Source of the DNA: the human T2T-CHM13v2.0 reference genome, Homo sapiens
Length of the DNA stretch: 64,000 nt
Assembly: GCF_009914755.1 (NCBI RefSeq)
Contig: NC_060947.1
Direction: 5' to 3' (one strand)
The translations under genes and the position numbers were made by a program. The notes under the pieces were generated by a model, which saw only the letters and a list, made by a program, of their open reading frames with translations, was not told the DNA's origin and made no database searches. Below, in pieces: positions 32,815-47,819 of the stretch (position 1 is the stretch's first letter; each line of letters starts with the position of its first letter).

Positions 32815-33127
32815 CTAAGTGAGTTACTATTTGCAAGGCACTTAGAAGAGTATCTGGTACATAGTAAGCACTCTGCCAAGCATTAGGAATTAATATTGAA
32901 ATCCTTGAATGAACAGTTGCCTTAGAGCTTAGTGTTTGGCCAGTGAAGCTCAGCAAGGCCCTCTGGGAAATGGGCAGCATTGTCTGGGCTGGGTCTGGTC
33001 AGAGGGGCATGGCTACTTTTTCTTGATCCAGGCCTGGGGTGAGTGTTGCTACTGCACCCCTTAAAGTGCTGTGAGACCCATTGTCCTCCAGTGCTTAAAG
33101 ACTGAGCTTGAAGTCACCTTCCTTTTC
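32815..33127 (+). repeat. Composite local duplication B'+A'
   Basis: A 91-bp copy of 31525-31615 is fused at TCCT to a copy of 30640-30850. Confidence 0.9.
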
Positions 33128-33671
33128 CCACTCTAAGCCACCTTCCCTTAGAGTGGAAGAAGAGGGAAGAGTTATATCCTCATGGCCTTCTTACCACCCA
33201 CGTTCTGCAGCTCTGAGCTTGGTCTCTGCTTTCACACTGTTGACCAAAGCACCAGACCTAGACCCTTTCTCAGTTCCCACCAAGAAAATGTGAGTAGTGG
33301 AATCTACTAAAGATCTTTGGTGGGATGAAATCCTGGGAGGTGGATGTGGTCACCTCACACAGTGGACAGCCTTCCCACACCTCTCTGGCTCCTCTGTCCC
33401 CTTTTCTCCCTGCTCCTCTCTTTCCCTCCAGGGTTTCCGAAGTTGCTCCAAATTCTTCCCCTGCCCCCTGAGGCCTTGGCACCTATAAAGGGTATTAAAT
33501 CAGGGATGGGTATCACTTTCTACTCTTCAGAGCTTATCTAAGTATTTTTTACCAACATAGGTAGTCTTGCCCTGTGCATTCTGGTGCCAGCCCTTAAGCA
33601 ATATATGAGCAAGGCCCTTCCTGTCTCTGGACCTTAGTTTCATGATCTGTAAAATGGACTGGAATCACTAG

Positions 33672-34205
33672 ACCAGCCCTGTCCAATAGATAATAATGCA
33701 ATATGTAATTTTAAATTTTCTAGTAGCCACATTGAAAAAAATAAACTGAAGAACTTAGTTATTTTTATCCTTTAGAGTAGCCACGGGGAAGCCACTGAGG
33801 AATTTTTAAACAGTGTTATTGAGATACAATTTACATATAATAAGGTGTTCATATCTAAAGTGTACAATTTGACACGTTTCGATATATGTAGACCTCCCTG
33901 AAACCATCACCACAATCAAGAGGGTGAACCACATGCAACATTCCCGGAAGATTCCTCGTGTCCCTTTGTAATTATGTATATTTAATAGTATATTTTTAAT
34001 TTAATTTGGTATATCCAAAATATTATCATTTTAACATGTAATCAATATAAAATATTAGTGAGATCTTTTACATTCTTTTTTTTTTTTCATAGAAAGTCTT
34101 CAGATTCCATTGTGTGTTTTACCCTTGGAGAACATTCTGTTTTGTGGTAGCCACGTTTCAAGTGCTCCATAGCCACATGTGGCTCATGGTGACGGTTCTG
34201 GACAG
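33672..34205. mobile_element. MER3/MER33-like hAT element interrupted by an old L1 fragment
   Basis: cagccctgtccaatag...tagtagccacatt and tagccacgtttcaagtgctc...agccacatgtggctc...tggacagc. Confidence 0.6.
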
Positions 34206-34347
34206 CAAGGTCCATGTGATCTGTAAGCACCTTTCCCTCTCTCATGTTGAAGGCCTCCATGTGTCTATATTTCCTGACGTGTGTTCTTATCATTGATTAC
34301 TACTGCTGTTGCTGCTGTGTGCACAGCCCAGGAGGTGGCCTTGCTGC

Positions 34348-34361
34348 CTGCCATCTGGTGG
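34348..34361 (-). promoter_or_regulatory. CTCF consensus motif CCACCAGATGGCAG (reverse orientation)
   Basis: Plus strand ctgccatctggtgg, an exact core consensus match. Confidence 0.55.
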
Positions 34362-35127
34362 GGACCCATAGTCCCCACCACCCCACCTCGGCTGGGGCAA
34401 TTGCAGGAAAACCACTTGTTGGAAACCCTCTTATACCATCGAATTCCAGAGTAGGCTCTGGATGGGGCCATCTCTGTTAACAACAGAGTTGAGGTAGATC
34501 AATTGTAAGGTGTGTTACTAATAAAAAGTATCAAAGTTTGCAAAGAAGTGACTTTGCATCATAAAAGAGGTTAGATTCAAGATTATTCTTATTACAAATA
34601 AGGGAGGCGTTATCCCTAGAATAAAGTCACTTTCCCTCTGACCCATATTCTTAAATGGGAGAACAAAGGGGGCAGAGGATGCTATTGCTTCTATGCTGGG
34701 AACCTTAGCCTGTCTTCCCTGTGCTAAAATCTTGAGCGACGTGAAGGTTCACTAAGGGAGTGGCCATGATTACTACAAATTTGGAGGACAGGTTATTATC
34801 ACAACCTATGTCAATGGGAGCATGCTTAGAGGGCGCTGCACTGCAAAAAATATGGAGGAAACATGTAACAGGGGACTAAGGTGAGACAGATTCTCCAGAC
34901 AGAGAGGCCTCAATTTGCCTGGGGCCTGGTGCTATTCGCTGAAGCACCTATAGAAGACTTGGAGGCTAAGCAATGCCCAGTTAGCCCGCCCTGGTGTGGG
35001 CCCAGTGAAACAGCAAGAGGGTAAGTACACCTTCCAGGCCCAGATGCCCTCAGGACCAGCCCTACTTTTGGCAAAGGAAGCATAAGCCTGGGTTCAGGCA
35101 GGGAAAGAGCTACAGACAGTTGTCTTT

Positions 35128-35428
35128 GGCTGGCACAGTAGTTCACATCTATAATCTCACCAATTTGGAAGGTTGAGTCAGGAAGATTACTTGAGACCAG
35201 GAGTTCAAGACCAGCCTGGGCAACATAGAAAGACCCCCATCTCTACAAAAAATAAATCAGCCGGGTGTGGTGACACCGGCCTGTAGTCCCAGCTACTCAG
35301 GAGGCTGAGGCAGGAGGATTGCTTGAACCAGGAGGTCGAGGCTGCAGTGAGCCATGATCGCACTACTGCATTCCATTCTGGGTGACAGAGAGAGACCCTG
35401 TCTGTAAAAACAAAAACAGAAAAAAAGA
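35128..35428 (+). mobile_element. Alu (AluJ-like)
   Basis: gaggtcgaggctgcagtgagccatgatcgcac, a J-type right arm. Confidence 0.88.
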
Positions 35429-36409
35429 CAATGGCCTTAATCTCCCCCTGCTTTCCCTAGGCCTAAAAGGTACCCTGCCTTTTAGGCAGGGTGAATCGGG
35501 TGGGGGCTGCCTGCCTTCCTCAGAGAGAGGGAAGGAAGCAAGGAGTAGGGGGTCTGACTGGGGCCCTACAGCTCCCAACCTCAAGACCTGCCTTTTGAGG
35601 CCATAGAGAAGCTGCAGCTTTGCTTTTGCAGCTGCAGCGGCAGTGAAGAAAGCAGGAGGGCATCCTGAGGCGGGAAATGCCTGTCAGTGTCATCCCCAGC
35701 TGCTTCCGGCTTCCTCCTTCAAGGATTCCAGGGGCTCCTCTGTAACCTTGCCAACCCCTCTCCCCTGCCCCAGGTTCTGGCAGGCAGCTGTGCGCCCCCC
35801 CTCAGGGCCCACGTCACAAGTCCTCAGAGGGGCTGTCAACTCCCCATTGTTCTCGGGGCTTCTGGGGCTTCTCCGGCATTCCTTTGGCTCATGAGGGGAA
35901 ATGCCTGAAGCTTCGTCTTCACCTCTTCAGATGCTTGACCTAATAGTCACCCGGCCCTCCTGGCCCCTCAAGGGATGCTGTGGTGCGTGGGAGAATCTGG
36001 CTAGGCTAGCACTACAAGTACACTTACCTCAGGTCAAAGATGAAATCTGAGGGGGTACCTAGGCCTCTGTGTCTTGAACTCACCTTGAAGGCCCCAGCCA
36101 AGTATTTCCCCCTCTCCCTCCTGAGTATTGCACACAGCTACCCGCAGAGTTACATAAACACAGCCATACTCCTCCATTCCAAATTCTACCCATTCCACAC
36201 AGTTCTGTACATGCTCTCACATGCACACTCCCACCCAACCCATCTTTCCAGGGGAGCCATCAGGTGTGTCAGGGCCAGAAGCTACTTTTGCTGTGGGTAC
36301 AGGACTGACATTCTTCCAGGAAGCCTCCCCTGACTGACAGGCAAAACTTCCTGGGTAGAAGCTGACCCCAGTCCCCATCTACTATTTAAAATATGGTGGG
36401 TAGGGAAGG

Positions 36410-36997
36410 TTTTACTGGAGAAGGTGATGTTTAAAGCAAATACTAAAGGATGTGAAGGAGTAAACAATGCTGATATTCAAAAGAAGGACATTCAGGGCCA
36501 AGGGAGAAACAAATGCAAAGGCCCTGAGGTAGGAATGTGCCTAGTGTGAATAAAGAATAACAAGGAGGCCAGTGTGGGGTGGAGGGCTCGAAGGAGGAGG
36601 AGTAGGAGGTGAGGCTGGGGAAGTGATGGAGACCAGATCCTGTGGGGCCTCATTTGCCTTTGTAATAAGAGAGATGGGAGGGAGTTACCAGAGGGTTCTG
36701 AGCACAGGTCTGATATGATCTGACTTAGATTGTAAGTGATTATTCCAGATGTTGTGTTGAGAATAGACTGTAGGGGGACAAGGGTGGAAACAGGGAGATT
36801 GGTTGCAATAATTTCTTGATCTCTGGCAATAATCCATGTGAAAGGTGATGGTGTCTTAGGCCGTGGTGGTAATGGTGGATGTGGTGATACGTGAGCAGAA
36901 TATAGATATATTCTGAAGGTAGATGGATTTGTCAATGGATTAGATGGAGGCGGGATGTAAAGAGAACAATCAAAGATGACTCAAAATGTTTCTGCCT
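36410..36997 (-). mobile_element. L2 (resumes after the L1 at ~39706-39880)
   Basis: gcaaaggccctgaggtaggaatgtgcc...aacaaggaggccagtgtgg...gatggatttgtcaatggattagatg. Confidence 0.7.
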
Positions 36998-37043
36998 GAC
37001 AAGAGAAAGGCATAAAAGTCATCCAAATAAAAAAGAGGACATC

Positions 37044-37405
<362 letters not shown>

Positions 37406-37807
37406 CTAAAGACTGCTAGATCTGATAAACAACCTCAGTAAAGTTTTAGGATACAAACCAATGTACAAAAATCAGTAACATTTCTATATGTCAATAACAT
37501 TCAAGCTGAGAACCAAATGGAGAACACAACCCCATTTATAATAGCCAAAAAAAGAATAAAATACCTAGGAACACAGCTAACCAAAGAGGTGAAAGGTGTC
37601 TACAAGGAGAACTACAAAACACTGCTCAATGAAATCAGAGAAGACACAAACAAATGAAAAAAACATTCCATGCTGATGGATTGAAAGAACCAATATTGTG
37701 AAAACGACCATACTGCCCAAAGCAATCTACAAATTCAATGCAATTCCTATCAAAATGCCAACATCATTTTTCAAATAATTAGAAAAAATAATCTTAAAAT
37801 TCATATG

Positions 37808-38170
37808 TGTATTAGCCTGTTCTCACTCTGCTAATGAAGACATACCCAAAACTGGGTAATTTATAAAGAAAAAGAGGTTTAATGGACTTACAGTTCCACA
37901 TGACTGGGGAGGCCTCACAGTCATGGTCGAAGGTGAAGGAGGAGCAAAGGAATGTTTCACATGGTGGCAGGCAAGAGAGAGCGTGTGTAGGGAAACTCAC
38001 CGTTATAAAACCATCAGATATTATAAAACTTACTATCATGAGAACAGCATGGGAAAAACCCGCCCCCATGATTAAATTACCTCCCACCAGGTCCCTCCCA
38101 TGACATGTGGGGATTATGGGAACTAAAATTGAAGATGAGATTTGGGTGGGAACACAGCCAAACCGTATCA
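37808..38170 (-). mobile_element. THE1-type MaLR solo LTR inserted in the L1
   Basis: tgtattag...actgggtaatttataaagaaaagaggtttaatggac...cacagccaaaccgtatca. Perfect 5-bp TSD ATATG at 37803 and 38171. Confidence 0.92.
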
Positions 38171-39894
38171 ATATGGAATCAAAAAACGGCCAGAATAACC
38201 AAAGCAATCCTGGGCAAAAAGAACAAAGCCAGAGGCGTCACATTACCTGACATCAAATTATACTACAAGGGCACAGTAACCAAAAGAGCATGGTGCTGGT
38301 ACAAAAATAAATACAGACACATAGACCAATGGAACAGAATAGAGACCCCTGAAATAAAACTGTACACCTACAACCAACTGATCTTCAGCAAAGTGGACAA
38401 AAATAAACAATGGGGAATACCCAATAGGACACCCTACTCAATAAATGCTGCTGGGAAAACTGGCTAACCATATGCAGAAGAATGAAATTCAACCTCTACC
38501 TGTTACCGCATACAAAAATTAACACAAGGTGGAATAAAGACTTAAATGTAAGACCATAAACTATAAAAATCCTAGAATCAAACTTAAGAAATACTCTTCT
38601 GGCCATTGGCCAAGGTAAATAATTTATAACTAAGTCCTCAAAAGCAAATGCAACAAAACCAAAAATTGACAAGTAGGACCTGATTAAACTAAACAGCTTC
38701 TACACATCAAAAGAAGCCATCAACAGAGTAAACAGACAACCCACAGAATGGGAGAAAATAGAGGCAAACTATGCAAACAACAAAGGACTAATTAATATCT
38801 GGAATCTATTAGGAACTTAAACTCATCAACAAGGAAAAAAACAAACAACCCCATTAAAAACTAGACAAAGGACATAAACAGACACTTCTCAAAAGAAGAC
38901 ATATGAGTGGCCAACAAACATATGAAAAAATGCTCAACATCGCTAATCAGAGAAATGCAAATCAAAACCACAATGAGATACCATCTCACACCAGTCAGAC
39001 TGGTTCCTATTAAAAAGTCAAAAATAACAGATGTTGGCGAGGTTGCAGAGAGAAAAAAAACACTCATACACTGTTGGTGGGATTGTAAATTAGCTCAGCT
39101 CCTGTAGAAAGAAGTTTGGAGATTTCTCAAATAACTGAAAATAGAATTACAACTTGACCCAGCAATCCCATTACTGGGTATGTATCCAAAAGAAAATAAA
39201 TCGTTCTACCAAAAAGACACATGCACTCGCATGTTCATCGCAGCACTGTTCACAACAGCAAAGACATGGAATCACATCAGCCTTGGTGCCCATCAGTGTG
39301 ACTGGACAAAGAAAATGTGGTATATGTACACCATAGAGTACTATGTAGCCATAAAATAAATGAAATTGTGTCCTTTGCAGCAACATGGATGCAGCTAGAG
39401 GCCATTATCCTGAGTGAATTAACACAAACAGAAAACCGAATACCACATGTTCTCACTTATAAACAGCAGCTAAATATTGGGTAAACACAGATATAAGGAT
39501 GGGAGCAATAGACACTGGGGACTCCAAAAGGTGGGAGGGAAGGAGGAGGGCAAGGGTTGAAAAACTACCTACCAGGTGCTATGTTCACCGTTTGGGTGAT
39601 GGAATCAATAGAAGCCCAAACTTCAGCATCACACAATATATCCATGTAACAAATCTGCACATATATCCCCTGAATCTAATGTTTTCTAAAAAAAGGTTTC
39701 TGCCTCAGCCACATGGGAATTGTCATGTACTGCCATTTACTTCAAAGGGACCAGGTATGCAGGAGGAGAGGATCAGGCAATCAGTGCTGGTCACATTATG
39801 TTTGAGAAGCCTATTGGACATCCAAAGGGAGATGATGGATAGGCAGTTTAGTACATGAGTCTGGAGCTCAAGGGAGATGCCTATAACTTTCCTA

Positions 39895-40208
39895 TTTTGT
39901 TGTTGTTATTGTTTGTTTGTTTGTTTTGTTTTGAGACAGAGTCTCGCTCTGTTGCCAGACTGGAGTGCAGTACCACAATCTCAGCTCACTGCAATCTCCG
40001 CCTCCTGGGTAAGTGATTCTCCAGCCTCAGCCTCCCGAGTAGCTGGGACTACAGGGGTGCGCCACCACACCCAGCTAATTTTTGTAATTTTCTTAGAGGT
40101 GGGGTTTCACCATGTTGGCCAGGATGGTCTCGATCTCTTGACCTCGTGATCTGCCCACCTCGGCCTCCCAAAGTGCTGGGATTACAGGCGTGAGCCACCA
40201 CGCCCAGC
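39895..40208 (-). mobile_element. Alu (AluSc-like)
   Basis: Dimer with a TTG/TTTG tail. Confidence 0.9.
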
Positions 40209-40691
40209 TCCTGTGTGTTTTTTATACTTGTCCAGTGCATTGTATCTATAAACAATTTACAGGATTGCTTTATGAGTGTTCGAACTTTCCATCAATGACT
40301 TCCTGTACGTATCATTTTGCAACTTGCTGTTTTTGCTCAACATCAAGTTTTTGAGATTTTTCACATTGAAACATCTAGCTCTTTCCATTTAACTCCATAG
40401 TATTCCATTATATAAATATGTCCCAATTTACGTACTTACTGCCCTATTATCAGGATAATTGGGGTTGTTTGGATTTCCGAATGCTTCTTTATACTCCACA
40501 GAGTGTGATATAACGCTTTGTGGTGCTGGGCACACAGATAGTAAATGATTGAGTATTTCTGTTCACCTGCATCTGTGTGCCTGGGATCATTAATTCCCAG
40601 GCAACAGGGAACACATCATATCTGTTGATTTCACAAGGACTTATTTACTAAGCTAGGACCAGCTAGATTTCTCCCCGGTGATATTTGGTTA

Positions 40692-41037
<346 letters not shown>

Positions 41038-41069
41038 ACAGCAATGGTTTTTACTTTGCTAATTATCGC

Positions 41070-41600
41070 AGACCTTAGTGGCTTAAAACAGTGAGTTTAT
41101 TATTTCACAGTTTCTGTGGGTCAGGGATCTGAGTACAGCTTAGCTGGACCCTCCGCCTCGGGCCCCCTCACAACCTGCAGTCAAGGTGTTGGCCAGGGCT
41201 GCAGTCACCTCAATGCTCAACAGGGGAAGAATCCATTTCCAAGCTCACTCACATGGCTGTCAACAGGAGCCTTCAGGTGCTCACTGGCTATCAGACCAGA
41301 GCCACAGTTTCTTGCTGGCTATTGGCTGGCTCAGTTCCTTGCAACACAGAACTCTCCAGAGGACAGTTCACAACATGGCAGCTGGCTTCCTCAGAGCAAG
41401 CGAGTGAGAGATGGTGAGTGTGTGAGAAAGGCAGGAGTCAGTCTCACAATTTAATCTTGGAAATGGCAGCCCATCATCTTTGCCATATTCTATTTGTTAG
41501 AAGCGAGTCACTTAGTCCAGCCCATATGCAAGGGGACGGGGTTAGACAAAGGCAGGAATACCAGGATGGGGGATTACTGGGGACTATCAGAGAAGCTTCC
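41070..41600 (-). mobile_element. MaLR LTR (MLT1F/G-like)
   Basis: ttagtggcttaaaaca...cacagtttctgtgggtcaggga...aagctcactcacatggctgt...tttgccatattctatttgttagaag. Confidence 0.7.
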
Positions 41601-41975
41601 AAGCATGGAAACCAAAGGACTGAGGTGGGGGCAGGATTGATTGGCTGAAATGCCTGCAGAGACCTTGAGGAGGATGAAGAGTGAGGAGGGGCATAGAGTG
41701 AAAGCCAGAGAGCAGGAGTAGGAGGATGGAAAACGTCTGGTGTAGACCATTTGTCTCAGAACTTTGGTGGGGAAGGTAAAGTGTAAGAAATGTCAGTGGA
41801 GGGACAGGGGATCTCTGAGCACATTTGAGGGCCAAGGGGAAGAAGCCAATGCAAATGGTGGAGGGGAAGGGGAAATGTGGACGCCAGGCTCCTAGGAGAA
41901 GAGGAAGGGCATCTTGTCACCTACCCCTGAACATTTCTACAGTGCTCTGTAGGTAAAAAAGTACTTTTCCATAAA

Positions 41976-42216
41976 CAGTTTACCCTTGAACAATGTGGGT
42001 TTGAGGTGCACTGGTCCACTTATTTGTGGATTTCTTTTTTCAACCAAACACACACTGAAAATAGAGTATTCGCATATTGTGAAACCTGTGTACATGGAGG
42101 GGTGACTTTTTGTGTATGTGTCTCAAAGGGCTGACTGTGGGACTTGAGTATACATGGATCTTGGTATATGCGGGGTCCTGGAGCTAAACCCCCGTGGATA
42201 CCAAAGGATGACTATA
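41976..42216. mobile_element. MER2-like Tigger (TcMar) element
   Basis: cagtttacccttgaacaa...cccgtggataccaaaggatgacta with TA flanks. Confidence 0.7.
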
Positions 42217-43777
42217 CAGGCTTGCTTGAGCCTCCTATCAATCCAGTGAGGTTAGCAGAACAGGGATCGCTTTGTCCCTATTTTAGATGAAGAAACAGAT
42301 GCAGAGAGGTGACATGGTTTTTCCTAGGTCATATAGGCAATAAACGGCCAAGCCAGGACTAGAATTCAGGTATCCAATCTCTAAGTGTTTCTAGTCTAGT
42401 GCTGGCTTCTCATTAGGCCTCAGCACTTTCAGCATGCTGCTCCTCTGCTCAAGTCCTCTCCCTTGTGTCTGTAAGGTCGAGAACTCTCTTCCCCCACAGG
42501 GAACTGAATGAGTTTCCAGTTCAAGCAGGCCAGGCAATGGCTGGAAATGAGTGAGAATTCCTTGACTATCAATCAAGGGGCTGTAACCCAAATTAAGGTT
42601 GAAGTTGTGAGAGTGGTGTGGGGAAGCCCCTGCATAGTGGGCTGGTAAGATGCACGCCACGGGTCAGTGGGACTCTAGGCCCAGTGAGGGAGTGTTGTGG
42701 GGAGCATCCACGTGGGCCAAGTAAGGGCCGGCATGGAAGACAGGCGGGCTGGGAGCCTGGCTCTCACTGCGAATGAGCTGTCCCCATTATTTCCTCTTCC
42801 AGCCACTCAGTCCCGCTGGCTCTCCAAGCAGCTGACAAGCCCAGTAAAAGAGTTTCCATCCAGGCCTGGAAGGCCCCAGTGAGAGCTGGGGAGCTGCTTT
42901 TATCCAGCCTTGGCAAGGCCTTTCAGCTGGAGTCCAGCCCACTTTGGGCAACATTTGGAAACTTACTGAGGAAATGGAGGTCTCCTTTTTAGGAATCCTG
43001 CCCCACCCCTGCTCCCACCATGGGCCTTAGTTTTTCCCCAGGAAACCTGGAGCACCTTGAGACTGGAGACTGTGTCTACCCCAGCAGGCAGGAAACCAGG
43101 GGCTCAAACTTCCAAGCCCTGCCCTTTGTGAGCTCCTAGGATACACACAATTCATTCTGACCCTGGGACAAGGAGCCAGTGAACCAGTCATCTATAACAA
43201 CCTGAGCTACACAGGGCCCCAGAGAAACCTTCCAGACCCTCATTTACCAGCTAAAGAAATTGAGGTACAGAATGGGGAGGGATTTGGTCCAGGATCACAG
43301 AGCCACTGAGTGGCAGAATGGGAGGGCCATAGTTTGGAGGAGACTCGATGCTCAAGAAAAAGGGACTGTCAAACAGTTAAGGTAGGAGTTCCTCTAAGCA
43401 GAGTTTAGAGAATCGATCCAAGAAACACTTGAAGCGTGCGAGTGGCATAGACTAGGTGCTCAACAAACGCAGCATAAATAAATAAATGAAACTGATTGTT
43501 GCTGCAGGGGAGCTGGGACGGACTAGGCCACGAGAATAAAAAACTCTGCCCTGGTCTGGGTCCTGCTGGGTCCAGATCAGTGACACTAGAATAGCCAGCC
43601 TGGGCTTTTTTCCCATGGGAAAGTAGGACAACTCTGACCAGAAACTGGGGTAATGGCAATGAGCGGAGGGAGTAGATTAAAGGGAGAGATGCCCCACCCT
43701 TACTTGGGATAAAGAGCTCCCCTCTTGCTTCCCCCTTCATTTTTACTGATTGCTTACTTGGTGCCAAGCATTATCAG

Positions 43778-43779
<2 letters not shown>

Positions 43780-43830
<51 letters not shown>
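43780..43830 (+). repeat. (CA)n microsatellite, about 25 units
   Basis: Uninterrupted CA run. Confidence 0.97.
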
Positions 43831-43833
<3 letters not shown>

Positions 43834-44742
43834 CATTAACACACATGGTCCCTGTGAGGCAGGCACTATCATTGCCTCCATCTTATAGATAAGGAAACTG
43901 GCCCCGAGAAGTTCAGTGCCTTGCCCTTAGTCTCCCAGCTGATAAGAAGTAAAGCTGGGATCTGAACTCAGGCCATCTGACTTCAATACCTATGCTTCTA
44001 ACCACTAGGTTATACTGCCATTTCGCTGAGCAAGGCAGCTTGTAGTGGAGCTGATGCCCCTGCGGATTGAAGGCCCACTCATTCACACACTCACAGCCAC
44101 CCCTGCTTGGAGGTGGCATAGCAGGGAACAAGTTGGAGTTGCCAGAGGCCCCAAGGTCTCCACCCTACCTCTATCTTGGAGCTTAAAGTATCTCGCTCCT
44201 GGCCTCTTTTAGGAATGGTAGGGCCATTAGCCCAATGAAGGCTTTGCCATGAGTTTCTCAGACCTTTGCAGGGATAGCAGGGCCCTAAGGAGACTGAACC
44301 AGGGTGGAAAAATCTGAATAGGAGTGGAAGAGGAGGGTACAGGGCAGCCCATTATTATCTCTGGTCATTTAACACTTCTTAAACACCTACTATGTGCCTG
44401 TACAGGGGGCTGGAACTACAGCAATGGACCAGAGACCTGTCCCTGCAATTAGAGAGCTCACAGTCTAGAGGGGGAGAGCAACTAGCAAACAGACTACAGA
44501 GAGGGAAACTGAGGCCCAGAGAGGTCAAAGGCCTTGCCCAGGAATACTCAGTGGGTGAGTCACAGAGCTGGGCCCAGAGTCAGTGCTCAGACTCCCAATC
44601 CAGCATGATCCCTGCTACAGCAAAAGCAAGCAAATGCAAACAAGCTCAGATGAAAGAGGGGTGTTATGAACTAAGGAGAGGCATGAGGCAGGCAGGGTTA
44701 GGCAGAAGGGCTATCTTACTGGAGGTGGAGTTCAAAGGAGGG

Positions 44743-45177
44743 TGCTACAGTCTGAATGTGTCCCCCAAAATTCATGTGTCGAAACGTAAAGCGAATATGA
44801 CAGTATTAAGAGGCAGGGACTTTCGGAGGTGAGTCATGAGGGTGGAGCATTCATGGATGGGATTAGGGCCCTTATAAAAGGGCTTGAAGGAGTTGGTTTG
44901 TTGGCTTCTCCTCTTCTGCCATGCGAGGACACAGCATTCCTTCCCTTTTGCTCTTCTGTCCTTTCCACCACCTGAGGACACAAGTGTTCCTCCCTTCCAG
45001 AGGATGCAGCAACAAGGTGCCATCTTGGATGCAGAGAGCTGCCCTCAACAGACAACTGAACCTGCCAGCAGCTTGATCTTGGACTTCCCGGCCTGCAGAA
45101 CTGTGAGAAAGAGATTTCCAGTTATAAGTGACTTAGTCTCAGGTATGTTGTTATAGCAGCACAAACAGACTAAGACA
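44743..45177 (+). mobile_element. MaLR solo LTR (MST-like)
   Basis: tgctacagtctgaatgtgtcccccaaaattcatg...cccttataaaagggc...gttatagcagcacaaacagactaagaca. Confidence 0.85.
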
Positions 45178-45455
45178 GGGGAAGGATGCCCTGGTGGAGG
45201 GGTGCGACTGGAGAAAGCTCAGTGCTCAGTGAGCCCCAGTGAAGTCCCAGGAAAGCCACTGGCAGCAGCCCACACGCTTGGGCGGTTCCTGGACAGCCAA
45301 AGGAGGAACCACACCCACCAGGCCCACCAGCCTTGGACGTGGCCCAGCAAGGCCAAGCGTTTAGTAATTGGCGAAGTGACTGTCTGCTGCCGCCCCAGTC
45401 CAAATGAATAATTATGGAATGTTTACATGATGTGGTGTTCCTGACACCTTCTCAA

Positions 45456-45469
45456 GTTTCCATGGCAAC
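45456..45469. promoter_or_regulatory. RFX X-box GTTTCCATGGCAAC
   Basis: Exact match to GTTNCCATGGNAAC. Confidence 0.55.
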
Positions 45470-45862
45470 TAGGAACCACCGCCCCACCCACCCCCAACCC
45501 AACCCACAAGATGTTCTGTCTGTTGTGGCCAGCAGCTGTGTCATGTTGTGAATAAATAACACATGCCTGGCCTTGGAGACTGGAGTTACCCTACAGTCAT
45601 CCCTGACAGGGCAGACTTAGTGAGGGGATGGGGCTGCAGCAGGCAGTAAGGCGTCTCTAATGCTTTGAATGCATTCACCTGCCTCAGCCCAATGTCACCA
45701 GAGATAGGCCATGGGTCAGCGTTCATCCCAGTGGTCCCTCCTGGAGCTAGTAAGGAGACGTCCCTGCTAAAGAGATGTTCAATGTTTAATACACCCAAGC
45801 TTCAGTTTACTCCCCTTGAGCTTTTGTTTTCTCATCTGTTGAAGATACCCATGCCTGTCTCA

Positions 45863-46178
<316 letters not shown>

Positions 46179-46704
46179 GATGACAACCAACCAGCATAGA
46201 AAGCATATCCTACCATAATGGCTAGCACTTAGTAGGTGCTTAAAAATGTCACATCTGGAAGGTTCGTTCTAAACATTTGTGCCTGCCCCCACAACGGAAA
46301 CTTCTCTCCTCCCCAGATCCCCAGATCCATGAATAAGTGGAAGGGCAGAAGCTCCAGTGGTCTTCTGGAAGTCAGAGAACCCAAGTTAGAGGTCAATAAC
46401 GTCCTGGTGGATTGGGAGTAACCCTACAAACGTGAGACTCTTGTTTTAGCTCTGACTGTCCTAATGGCTGGCGATGGGGCCTTGGGCAAGTCACTTGCCC
46501 TTTCTGGTTCTCAGCCTCTCTGTCTGGACTATGAGATGGAGTGGCCTAGACCAGAGGTTTTTCAAATTGTGTTCCACAGAAGCTTGGGTGCCTCAGGGAA
46601 CTCTGTGGTAGGGAGAGGGATGAGACTGAATGGGTGGGGCTCTGGGCCCCTGAGCCTGCTTTGATGGAATTTATATGTGCCAAGGCTTTAAAAAAACAGT
46701 TTGA

Positions 46705-47089
<385 letters not shown>

Positions 47090-47464
47090 TCAATCCCAGA
47101 GTGCATGAGTTCCCTGGCCTGGGAGCAGATACACCAAGAGAGGCACTGGATCCCAAAGGTACCCCAAAGCTCCATTTTCTCCCACACCACCCATCCTGAG
47201 CTGTCTTTCTGTCCCAGAACTCCTCTCTGACAGTTCCAACTGCCCAAAACCAGGCTACTTCCACCAGATGCCCTGAGGAACAGTATGGCAAGGGGCCCTG
47301 GGCAGGGAAGAGGCTGAGGAGGAGGAACAGGCCCTGGCCACCTCTTTCCTTTAGGAGGGTACGACAGTTCCCAGTGGCCCAACCTCCCAGGGCGTTCTCC
47401 CAGAGTGTGGAGGGCGGGGGCCTAATCTGCATTTGGGACAAAGCCTACCCGGTGCTCGAGTGTT

Positions 47465-47819
47465 GTTGTCATGGAAACTCAAAAGGTGTTATTAGCATCT
47501 TTTCAACTCAGTGGCCCTGTGTGGTCCAGTCCATGCAATCTTAGCAGTAGCACACCATCACCCTGGCAACCCATTAGCCTAGTGTTGTTACCATGGAAAC
47601 TCCAGTAAGGTCGATCAGTCCGGGAAGTTCCCAGAGGAGATAGGCACTGGGAGATCTGCCCAGCAGTGCCTACTCTGAGGGTCTCCCAGCTGACAGTGAC
47701 CTGCTCTGCATACACTGACAGTAGTTTAGGATCTTTTCCGGAGCGAGCTAACAGTCCATGTGACAGGAAAGAATTTGGCCCTGCAGACTGGCAGGTCTAT
47801 GCCTCGTTACCATGGAAAT
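47465..47819. promoter_or_regulatory. Cluster of RFX X-boxes (47465, 47587, 47806)
   Basis: GTTGTCATGGAAAC, GTTACCATGGAAAC, GTTACCATGGAAAT. Half-site TGGCAAC near 47564. GC box near 47412. Confidence 0.6.

Noticed and set aside
38105-39336. ORFs similar to L1 ORF2p
   Set aside because: Fragments of a truncated, frameshifted and interrupted L1; not an intact gene.
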